DNA of 36,235 nt from Promethearchaeota archaeon (GTDB lineage: Archaea > Asgardarchaeota > Lokiarchaeia > Sigyniarchaeales > SOKP01). The position numbers were made by a program, and so were the translations under genes. Each line of letters opens with the position of its first letter. The first letter of the stretch is position 1. Below the pieces are notes generated by a model. That model was not told the DNA's origin and ran no database searches. It saw only the letters and a list, made by a program, of their open reading frames with translations. The stretch is taken from NCBI GenBank assembly GCA_016839765.1, contig JAEOTP010000024.1, positions 1 through 36,235 on the forward strand. The letters run 5' to 3'. Shown piece after piece: positions 19,687-27,552 of the stretch.

Positions 19687-20082
19687 ATGACTAAAGATTT
19701 ACTAAGTAACTTTTTCCAAATTGTTAAGAAAAAGGGAGCTATAGATGATGAGTTAATTAATTATATAGAAGATATTTTTCCAAATAAATCACAAAAAGTA
19801 TTAGAAGTAATAAATAAAGGAGTCTCTAAATATATTTACAAGCCTTCTAATCGATCTATTTGGATAACATTAGGAGAAAATTGTGAACACTTAATATACC
19901 CAAATTTATTTTGTTCTTGCCAAGATTTTTATAAAAACGTAGTTGTTAAAAGAAAAAGGAATTTCTGTAAACATCTTCTAGCACAAATTATTTGTAGTGC
20001 ATTAAATCTACATAAGGAAGTTGAATTAAAAGATGAAGATTTTAAGAATTTATTAAATGATTTAAATATGAAATTCCAATAA
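19687..20082 (+). CDS. SWIM zinc-finger protein
   Basis: CSCQDF-x(n)-CKHLLA SWIM motif in a small stand-alone protein. Confidence 0.88.
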   Translation: MTKDLLSNFFQIVKKKGAIDDELINYIEDIFPNKSQKVLEVINKGVSKYIYKPSNRSIWITLGENCEHLIYPNLFCSCQDFYKNVVVKRKRNFCKHLLAQIICSALNLHKEVELKDEDFKNLLNDLNMKFQ

Positions 20083-20736
20083 TTCTGCAGAGTTTATTGC
20101 TTTTCTTACGAGATTATGAATTTTTATTTTAGATTCGTTATTTTGGATTTCATGCAATTTTGCATGGGTTTCAGGAAATTGTGGATTATAATGGCATGAA
20201 ATCGATAAATTTGAACTAATTTCATATAAACCAAGCTTCTTATTCAAATTAATAACTTCTAACTTATCCCATCCAATAAGAGGCCTCATAATCACATAAT
20301 CTCCAATGAGATTATTGTATGCATATATATTGTCTAAGGTTTGACTAGCTTGCTCCCCTAAAATATCTCCAGTAACTATTAGATTTGTGTTTTCTATTTC
20401 TGCAATTTGGATTGCGATTCGTATCATTAGTCGTTTACATAGAATACATGTTAATTTTCTTTCACATAATTGTTTTAGTAGATTTAAATTGAAGTCTTGT
20501 TGAATAAAGTATATTTTAGACTTAGTTTTTCCATATTTCGCTAAGATTTTAACTATTTCAACAACTTTTTCCTTCATTATTAGATTTTGATTATTAAAAG
20601 TCAAAAAAGTTAGAAATACTGGATGGAAGTTTTTTTTTATCATTAAATATGCTGCTACAGGGCTATCTAAACCTGTTGATAATAATGAAACAATTTTCTT
20701 CACATTTTGTCCCGAGTTTTTTAAATTATTTAGCAA
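20062..20736 (-). CDS. ThiI-like PP-loop protein (catalytic domain only, no THUMP domain)
   Basis: LLSTGLDSPVAAY, CILCKR.M, VTGD.LG.QASQT..N, RPLIG.DK.E, C...P..P.T. The start may be GTG at 20703. Confidence 0.87.
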   Translation of the reverse strand: MLNNLKNSGQNVKKIVSLLSTGLDSPVAAYLMIKKNFHPVFLTFLTFNNQNLIMKEKVVEIVKILAKYGKTKSKIYFIQQDFNLNLLKQLCERKLTCILCKRLMIRIAIQIAEIENTNLIVTGDILGEQASQTLDNIYAYNNLIGDYVIMRPLIGWDKLEVINLNKKLGLYEISSNLSISCHYNPQFPETHAKLHEIQNNESKIKIHNLVRKAINSAELLEFHI

Positions 20737-21319
20737 TTATTTCTTTCCGATCCCATTTTTTTAAATAATTATTAAAATTTTCTAGTGTAATTTCACGTGG
20801 AATTATGATCTTTCTTTCATATTCCAATTTTTTTATTTTTAACTGTAATTTCTTGTTTTTTTGGTAGAATTTTTGCGCCTTTGGGAATTCCTCTTCAAAT
20901 ACTTTTTCTAATTGTTTTATATCTATATCGTTTAACTCTTCGTAATTATTAATAACATAATTACATAATGGATCTATTGATATTTGAAAATTGAAGGCAT
21001 CTATACGTTTTAAAGCTAATGGATATGCTTGACAAGCTATTGGTTTTTTTTCATGTATTATGCAGCCTTTTGTAGGATTATAAAAGGGACACCTCTTTTC
21101 AGAATTATCTAAATTTATTTTATATGTAATAACAATAATTTCCTTATTTTTTATATCAGGAAATACTAAATCTTCTATTACGCTAAATTTAATGTCTTTT
21201 TTTTCAGCAACTTCTATTAAATAATCAACTTCTTCTGGATAAATAGGTATCCTTTTTGAACCTGGATTTTGAGTAATTTCATGACAACAAGTCCCACATT
21301 TTAAACATTGATATCTTAT
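20726..21319 (-). CDS. YkgJ-family cysteine-cluster (CxxCxxCC, Fe-S/Zn) protein, 197 aa; absent from the ORF track, apparent ATA start
   Basis: Manual translation gives IRYQCLKCGTCCHE...CPFYNPTKGCIIHEKKPIACQAYP...DPLC...KWDRKEIIAK*. The frame is open for 594 nt and has an in-frame TAA immediately before the ATA. Confidence 0.88.
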   Translation of the reverse strand: MRYQCLKCGTCCHEITQNPGSKRIPIYPEEVDYLIEVAEKKDIKFSVIEDLVFPDIKNKEIIVITYKINLDNSEKRCPFYNPTKGCIIHEKKPIACQAYPLALKRIDAFNFQISIDPLCNYVINNYEELNDIDIKQLEKVFEEEFPKAQKFYQKNKKLQLKIKKLEYERKIIIPREITLENFNNYLKKWDRKEIIAK

Positions 21320-21518
21320 TTAAATCACTAGTTTTGGTTAACTTGTTCTATAAAAGAAAGATATTATTCTATTTATACTATCTAAACTTCCTTATCAATT
21401 AATCTTTGTGATATTATGAAAATATTACTTTAATAGTAAATCATGTGTCTATTAGGATAACACATTGTTTTTAAAGATAAGATTTTAACTCTTTTTATAA
21501 TGAAAAAATTGGCTAAAA

Positions 21519-22340
21519 ATGAAAATGTCTGAAAATGGAATAAGGATCATAACTCATATTAATCTTTCTAAAGATGAATTTAAAAACCCGATTTGCATTT
21601 TGGGAATGCCGGGAATTGCTGATGTAGGAAAATTTGCTTTAGATTCGCTAATTGGTCAGCTTGATGCTAAAAATTTTATGGATATCATTTTTGACGATTA
21701 TCCAGCAGGTGCAATAGTAGATGATAGTATTCTTTCTGCTCCAAAAGCAGAAATCTTGTATTGGAAAGACCCCAATAACTTAAGAGATATAATACTCATT
21801 ACTGCAGATGCCCAAAGTTTAACACCAAAAGGCATATATAATATATCAAACTTTATTACAGAAATAATCCATAAATACAACATTAAACTAATTATAGCTT
21901 TAGGAGCTTATCCAGTAAGTCGTCGAAAAATAAATACGAAGATACCAAAAATCTATGCAAGTTCTACAAATCGAGAGCTATTAATCGATTTTTTGATTGA
22001 AAATAAATGTGATAGAATTCAAAAAGGAGTGATTATTGGAGCTAATGGCCTAATACCTACTTTAGCAAAAGCAAGATTTAATATAGACGGTATAGTGCTT
22101 TTAGCTGAGACAGATAACCTCGCTATGATTAATGAAGATATTACTGATTTAAAAGCATCAATAACGCTTTTAGAAATGCTTAAAAGATCATTTACCTTAC
22201 CGATTAAAAAGAAATATTCTCTTGAAAATCTTGACGATATTACAAAAAATTTGCAAAGTAAAAAAGATCAATTAGAAAGAGACTTAGATACATTTCAATT
22301 CGCTGATACAGATGATAAGAAGAAATCTTTATATATTTAA
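21519..22340 (+). CDS. PAC2-family (proteasome assembly chaperone-like) protein
   Basis: GMPGIADVGK.A..LI, D.II.T.D.Q, II.LGAY, G.IIGANGL, GI.LLAET, D.KAS..LL; C-terminal SLYI. Confidence 0.88.
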   Translation: MKMSENGIRIITHINLSKDEFKNPICILGMPGIADVGKFALDSLIGQLDAKNFMDIIFDDYPAGAIVDDSILSAPKAEILYWKDPNNLRDIILITADAQSLTPKGIYNISNFITEIIHKYNIKLIIALGAYPVSRRKINTKIPKIYASSTNRELLIDFLIENKCDRIQKGVIIGANGLIPTLAKARFNIDGIVLLAETDNLAMINEDITDLKASITLLEMLKRSFTLPIKKKYSLENLDDITKNLQSKKDQLERDLDTFQFADTDDKKKSLYI

Positions 22341-22421
22341 TTAATTTGATTATATAAAATGAATCTTGTTTAATCTTGTTTTTACGAAAAATATTTTAAT
22401 TATGGTATATTTTAGGAAATT

Positions 22422-22571
22422 ATGAATTATGTATGTGCGAGAAAAAGTTGTGGGAAAGAAGTTTCTAAAAAAGAACTTAATGCGCTTCCTGGTATTAAAT
22501 GTTCCCACTGTGGTTTTCGCATACTCTTTAAGAAAAGACCTGATGTTATTAAAAGGATAAAAATTAGATAA
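22422..22571 (+). CDS. rpoP: DNA-directed RNA polymerase subunit P (Rpo12), 49 aa; below the ORF-track cutoff
   Basis: Manual translation MNYVCARKSCGKEVSKKELNALPGIKCSHCGFRILFKKRPDVIKRIKIR* has the Y.C..CG / I.C..CG.RIL.K.R signature; AGGA lies upstream. Confidence 0.9.
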   Translation: MNYVCARKSCGKEVSKKELNALPGIKCSHCGFRILFKKRPDVIKRIKIR

Positions 22572-22614
22572 TTTCTTAAATCTAATTAATTCAAATCTAA
22601 TTTTTAAAGAATTA

Positions 22615-23544
22615 TTAAAGATTCAATTCAAATTTTAGATGACCTAATAATTCTTTATAGCGATTGCGAATGGTAGCTTCAGTAACACCTGCAGCCAATG
22701 ATATTTCTTTTTGAGTACGGCGTTCACCCTCTTGTATTGCTGCAACATATAGCGCAGCTCCTGCAAGACCCGTTGGAGCTTTACCCGCGGTGATGTGGTA
22801 TTTTTTTGCTAATTTTAAAAGTTCAGCTGCACGATTTTGGGTTCTTCCAGAAAGTTTTAATTCAGCGCAGAATCGGGGTATGAAGTTTATTGGAGAAGAG
22901 ACGTGTATATTGATTTTTAATTCACTTAATATTAAACGATAGCATCGTGCAATTTTTTTTTTATCTACCATAGCAAACTCTATGAAATCATCTAAAGTTT
23001 TCGGAATATTATTTAATCTACAAGATAGGTATATTGAGGCAATTAACATTGCTTCAATAGATCTTCCTCTTATTAAATTCTTTTGTGCCATTTTTCTGTA
23101 TATGTGAGCAGCTGATTCCTTAATATCCTTTGATAAATTCAATTGTGAAGCAAATCGATCTAACTCATTCATGGCATATGCCAAATTACGATCAATTGAT
23201 TTATTTGTACGTGTTCGAACATGCCATTTCCTTAAGCGGTAGACTTCTGCTTTCATTTTTGGACTTATACTCTTTCCAAATGCATCTTTATTTTTCCACC
23301 CAATCATAGTACTAAGTCCTTTGTCATGTAATGTGAGTGTTGTAGGTGCTCCTACTCTTACTTTTTTATTAGCTTCTTCTGATGAAAAAGCTCTCCATTC
23401 TGGACCAGAATCAATAATTTTTTGTCTCAAAACTAGACCACATACATTGCATACAATCTCGCCCCGCGCCTCATCAGATATTAAATTAGCATTTCCACAT
23501 TCTGGACATAAATTTATAATATTTTGAGGCATTGAAAGATCCAA
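22615..23544 (-). CDS. tfb: Transcription initiation factor IIB (TFB)
   Basis: CPECG..CNVCG Zn ribbon, D.GPEWRAF, RVGAP...TLHDKGLST.I, RGRSIE, GK.P.GLA.AALY, RTQ.EI...AGVTEATIRNRYKEL. Confidence 0.97.
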   Translation of the reverse strand: MDLSMPQNIINLCPECGNANLISDEARGEIVCNVCGLVLRQKIIDSGPEWRAFSSEEANKKVRVGAPTTLTLHDKGLSTMIGWKNKDAFGKSISPKMKAEVYRLRKWHVRTRTNKSIDRNLAYAMNELDRFASQLNLSKDIKESAAHIYRKMAQKNLIRGRSIEAMLIASIYLSCRLNNIPKTLDDFIEFAMVDKKKIARCYRLILSELKINIHVSSPINFIPRFCAELKLSGRTQNRAAELLKLAKKYHITAGKAPTGLAGAALYVAAIQEGERRTQKEISLAAGVTEATIRNRYKELLGHLKFELNL

Positions 23545-23712
23545 ATACGTCTACCCTTCAATATTTCAATTCCTTAATTTCTATAATTAAACTCATACAT
23601 TTAAATGTTTGCGTTTTAAAGCTTTATCAGTTAATAATTATCATATTTTTTAATATTTGATTTTCAAAATGCCCCAAAAAATTTTAATTAAATCGAATTT
23701 TCTATTCATATA

Positions 23713-24189
23713 ATGCGACATTATTATAAAAGCCACGGAAAGCATTGTTATCTACGTTCTTTTCAAACAACTTGTCCGAAGTGCGGGGTAGATGTGTTGT
23801 ATTGGGAATGTACTCACGGCAGTAAAGTTTTTTTTCAATACCCTCCTTATGGAAAGTTGGTAAGGCATTATTGTCGGCATTCTTCCAAGGTATCAAGGCA
23901 AATTGAAAAGTTTCAAGTAATAGTCAAAAAACCGAATTACCTTTTAGATAATGTATTTTTAAATTGCCCTATATGTGGAAAGCCTTTTAAAGATTTTAAA
24001 AATCTAAAAGATCATTTAAAACAAATGAAAAAAAATGATGAAAAACATAGGTTATTTTTTAGTAATACAATAAAATTTGAAGAGGATTTTATGAATTTCA
24101 AAAATGAGAAATACAAGCAAGTAAATTCTAAATATAAGCCTAAATTCGGAAAGATTAATATTAAGAAAAAGGAAAACAAAAGTCATTAA
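23713..24189 (+). CDS. Hypothetical zinc-finger protein
   Basis: CPKCG..ECTH..H.C cluster plus a C2H2-like CPICGKPF....L..H motif; basic C-terminus. Confidence 0.78.
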   Translation: MRHYYKSHGKHCYLRSFQTTCPKCGVDVLYWECTHGSKVFFQYPPYGKLVRHYCRHSSKVSRQIEKFQVIVKKPNYLLDNVFLNCPICGKPFKDFKNLKDHLKQMKKNDEKHRLFFSNTIKFEEDFMNFKNEKYKQVNSKYKPKFGKINIKKKENKSH

Positions 24190-24294
24190 GCGTAAATTTT
24201 TAATAAAAATTTTATAATTATATTTATACTATTAAATTAAAATTAAATTATTCTCTTTTAAGGATTTTAATTACTTAAAATTTGATGATTAAAA

Positions 24295-24903
24295 ATGCCA
24301 ATAGATCCTGCAACTGCAGTTTACAATTTAATGCAAAAAGATCCTAGTATTATAGCAGCAGCCGTTGTTCAAGGTAGAGATAATATTCTTTACTCCACAG
24401 ATAATTGGGATATTACTCCAGATGTAGCAAAAGTAATATCAAGCTGGAGTAGCTTAACTGCCCAATTTATAATGATTTCTGGAGTAAAATATTCAATTTT
24501 ACAATGTACATCAGAAAGATTGGTGGCAACTTCTATAAAAGGTGAAGGACACATCCTCGGCGCAAAAGATGAAGAACATAAATTGATTGTGTATCTCGAG
24601 CCTGATGGTGAACCTATGGGGGCTACAATGGATACTTCGAGAGCTTTAGCGGAAATGAGTTCTAAAGGAAGCTATATGGCCCAGAATGCTCAATTAGGTA
24701 AAAGTAATGGCTCAGTCGCACCTTCAGGAGCCATCAGTATAGATCCACAGTTAAAAGGCGAAGTCGAATCCTTTTTAGAATGGATTAAAGCCAGTGATGG
24801 TTTATCTGGATATATTAATTATTATCTTCAACAAAATAATAGTTTCATAATTTCTGAATTATCAAAAATATATGCTGAATTAAGGCAAATATTTGGTGTT
24901 TAA
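24295..24903 (+). CDS. Asgard profilin-like protein with a C-terminal helical extension
   Basis: AAAVV...ILYSTDNWDI...ISGVKYSILQCTSERLVATSIKGEGHIL...IVYLEP matches the Lokiarchaeal profilin pattern as I recall it (T.NW.I, I.G.KY.I...T.ER...T.I.G.GH). About 80 extra residues follow. Confidence 0.82.
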   Translation: MPIDPATAVYNLMQKDPSIIAAAVVQGRDNILYSTDNWDITPDVAKVISSWSSLTAQFIMISGVKYSILQCTSERLVATSIKGEGHILGAKDEEHKLIVYLEPDGEPMGATMDTSRALAEMSSKGSYMAQNAQLGKSNGSVAPSGAISIDPQLKGEVESFLEWIKASDGLSGYINYYLQQNNSFIISELSKIYAELRQIFGV

Positions 24904-25014
24904 CTTATTTTTAGTTTTTCCGTTATTTTTAAATAATTTAAATAAGGCTAAATTATTATAATATTTTATTTGCTTTTATCAATTATTAAAAATATTGTTA
25001 ACCAAGGGACTCCT

Positions 25015-25461
25015 ATGAAGCAACATATTCAAAAGGATGAAAAATCTAGACAAGATCCTACCAAACAAGAAAAAACAAAAAGTACAAACGATAAAAAGCC
25101 TGAGTCAAAATCTATTGAAAAATTTGAATTGGATGTACCGCCTGTACCTGAAGCACCAAAAAAAAAAGATAAATTAACTGCAAACTCGCCAGGTTTATCA
25201 ACTGATTTATTAGAAAAAATAAAAAAACTCAAATCAAAAGATAATAAAGTTGTATTAGTCAATTGTGAAAGGTGTGCAGGAGTTATTCCGGTCCCCATTC
25301 CAAAGAAAATAGTACTTAAATCTAAATTGCCCGTAGTTCCTGTTAGTTTTATTCATAAGAATCCTATGGGTAAAGACCAACATTGTATAACAGTTCATTT
25401 AGACCATGATTTTGATATTCGAAGGCAAAGGATATCGGATGTAGTAATTTCTTTAGATTAA
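25015..25461 (+). CDS. Hypothetical protein: charged, disordered N-terminus + C-terminal putative Zn-binding domain (CxxC...H...H)
   Basis: CERC, then FIH.....QHCITVHLDHDFDIRR. ATG at 25015, after AAGGGA, preferred over TTG at 24970. Confidence 0.78.
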   Translation: MKQHIQKDEKSRQDPTKQEKTKSTNDKKPESKSIEKFELDVPPVPEAPKKKDKLTANSPGLSTDLLEKIKKLKSKDNKVVLVNCERCAGVIPVPIPKKIVLKSKLPVVPVSFIHKNPMGKDQHCITVHLDHDFDIRRQRISDVVISLD

Positions 25462-25495
25462 AAGAATATTTTTTATTGAAATATGATTAGGAGAA

Positions 25496-25714
25496 TTATA
25501 ATATAGAAATTAAAGCAATAAGAAATGGTATTAAACATAATAAGCAAATACAAAGAATGAAACTATTCCTCCATTTTAATTCGTTAGGTTTTAAAATAGC
25601 ATTACAATTTTGACAATATTTTTGAGAAAAATCAAAAATTTCACAATCACATCTATAACATTTTGTAAGTGATTTTTTCTCCTTAAAGTTTGAGTTTAAA
25701 TTAGCATTCGACAT
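25496..25714 (-). CDS. Small zinc-ribbon protein with a C-terminal transmembrane helix
   Basis: CYRC..CQNC followed by a hydrophobic stretch that runs to the stop codon. Confidence 0.72.
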   Translation of the reverse strand: MSNANLNSNFKEKKSLTKCYRCDCEIFDFSQKYCQNCNAILKPNELKWRNSFILCICLLCLIPFLIALISIL

Positions 25715-25838
25715 TAATGCATTCCGATTTTAATATAAATATAATTAAAAAAATATCTTATACTATGATAATTAATTCTTAATTAAACTTAAATTATAAA
25801 AAAAATGGTTTCGCCTTTAAACGAAATTATTCCGATTA

Positions 25839-26225
25839 ATGAGTATCTTTTTTATGAGATTATTAATAGAAAAAGAGGAGTTATTCGAAGAAATTAAGAT
25901 ATACTTGAAAATTTTTGAACTTTTCAAAAGCTATCTCATTTTAATTTCTGATCAAGAGCAAATGGGTATTGGAAATGTGACATTAGCTAGTCCCCCTTTA
26001 ATAGAAGGAATGAAATCTACATCTACATCTTACAAATTATTTGGCGTTGAGGAGGAGTTAGTCAGTACAATTATTGCAGAGAAGAGTTCTTATATTCTTA
26101 AGGCACCAGTATTGCTCTTAACATTTATAAAATCCAAAAAGATTATTAAGAACAATATTAAACCTTTAGTTGATTTTCTAAATAATTCCCTACACTCTAT
26201 TCAAAATGAATTGAGAAAATTGTAA
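25839..26225 (+). CDS. Hypothetical protein, possibly PAC4/PSMG4-like proteasome assembly chaperone fold
   Basis: ILISD...GIGNVTLASP...STS..LFG...VSTIIAEK.S..LKAPVLL resembles the PAC4 pattern by eye. Confidence 0.7.
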   Translation: MSIFFMRLLIEKEELFEEIKIYLKIFELFKSYLILISDQEQMGIGNVTLASPPLIEGMKSTSTSYKLFGVEEELVSTIIAEKSSYILKAPVLLLTFIKSKKIIKNNIKPLVDFLNNSLHSIQNELRKL

Positions 26226-26230
26226 AGAAA

Positions 26231-26387
26231 TGCAGAGAGGGGGATTCCCGAATTTTCAAATATACGAGAAATTTTTCGAACCCCCGCAGTCCTATGACAA
26301 TGGATCTTGAGTCCATCACCGGTCGCCGCATAAATCTCAATTATATAGAATTTGCTTCATGCTTTGACCTGGCTTGGTTATCTCTGC
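26231..26387 (-). tRNA. tRNA-Leu(CAA) with two introns (D-loop 26322-26363, 42 nt; T-loop 59/60 26245-26274, 30 nt); CCA not encoded
   Basis: Reverse complement shows GCAGAGA/TCTCTGC acceptor stem, ACC/GGT D-stem, ATGGA-CTCAAGA-TCCAT anticodon arm, long variable arm, GGGGG-TTCGAAT-CCCCC T-arm after splicing, and discriminator A. Confidence 0.92.
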
Positions 26388-26469
26388 ATTATAGAACTTT
26401 TAGAAATTATTAAATTATTATAATTATAATATAAGCTGTCTAAAAAATCTTTCATTTTAGTTAATTGGG

Positions 26470-26703
26470 TTATGCACCCCAAGGTATAAACATAATTACC
26501 ATCAATACCACCATTATTACAGCAAAAAAAATACATTGTAACCTTCCTTTTTTCTTTTGCTTCCTTTCACGTGTCAAGTAATTATCTCTACAGCTCTGAC
26601 TACAAAATTGTTTATCTGAAGACATCGCCTTGCCACATATAGGACAATGGATGTGAGGACCCCATTTTTTCTGAATCTTTTCTTTCCATGAGGATTGAGA
26701 CAT
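26470..26703 (-). CDS. DUF2116-like Zn-ribbon protein with a C-terminal transmembrane helix
   Basis: PH.HCPICG......FCS..C motif, then a basic stretch, then a hydrophobic tail. Confidence 0.82.
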   Translation of the reverse strand: MSQSSWKEKIQKKWGPHIHCPICGKAMSSDKQFCSQSCRDNYLTRERKQKKKGRLQCIFFAVIMVVLMVIMFIPWGA

Positions 26704-26783
26704 ATTATTATTAAAAATTTACAATATGATTAGTAATATATTAGTAAAATCTTAAAGTTTAAAATAATTTATGATATTACTGA

Positions 26784-27497
26784 TTAATTTGTTATAATTG
26801 TTCCCTTTATTTTTGTATTGCCGTTCCAAAATTTGCTAAATTCATTTAAATCTTTTCCAGAAATGATATAAACAGTAATTCTGCTTCTTTTTAGAATTTG
26901 TAATGAAACAAAATCAAATATTCTATACTCTCCTGCTGCTGCTTGCTTATTTCCTGATTGTTTAAGAATTATTTTTTGTAGTTGATTGTAATCTAAAGAT
27001 TCAATCAATTTGGAATCGGTATATTTTTTTGGATCTTTATCATAAATTCCTTCAACATCTGTTAAAATTACCAAGCTTTCAGCATTGATCAATTCTGCTG
27101 CTTCAAATGCAACAGAAGTAGTTGATTGTCCTGGTTGTAACCCTCCCATTACTACGATTTTATTAAAGAGTATAGCTTTGGATAAATCCTCAACATTTTT
27201 AGGTACTGTAGGATATGCGCTTTCTCCTAAACTAGCAATAATTAATCTAGAATTAATTTGAGAAATATCAATGCCAATAGTATCACAAAATGCTTCATTT
27301 CGTTTAAAAAGGCGTACAGTTTTAATATATTCCCTTGCTATCAAACCACCGCCACAAACAACTACAATTGAGTCATACTTTACCTTATTTCTGATAATAG
27401 TGGAAAATTGAATAATTTTTTCAGTATTAATTTGAAAAGTATTATTAAAGAGAAGTGATCCTCCTATTTTTATAACAATATTTTTCATAATAATCAA
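26784..27497 (-). CDS. pyrH: Uridylate kinase (archaeal type)
   Basis: VIKIGGS, VVCGGG.IAREYI, D..GI..S..N, MGGLQPGQST.SVA, TDVEGIYDKDP, AG.Y...D. The start may be ATG at 27488. Confidence 0.93.
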   Translation of the reverse strand: MIIMKNIVIKIGGSLLFNNTFQINTEKIIQFSTIIRNKVKYDSIVVVCGGGLIAREYIKTVRLFKRNEAFCDTIGIDISQINSRLIIASLGESAYPTVPKNVEDLSKAILFNKIVVMGGLQPGQSTTSVAFEAAELINAESLVILTDVEGIYDKDPKKYTDSKLIESLDYNQLQKIILKQSGNKQAAAGEYRIFDFVSLQILKRSRITVYIISGKDLNEFSKFWNGNTKIKGTIITN

Positions 27498-27552
27498 ATT
27501 TGATTTTTCTTTCTATTTATTAATAAATAGGTGATATGATAAAATAAGTTTC

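Noticed and set aside
27529-27547. AGGTGAT followed by ATG-ATA-AAA-TAA upstream of pantoate kinase
   Set aside because: The SD-like motif has no spacing to this ATG, and a three-codon ORF is expected by chance in AT-rich DNA.
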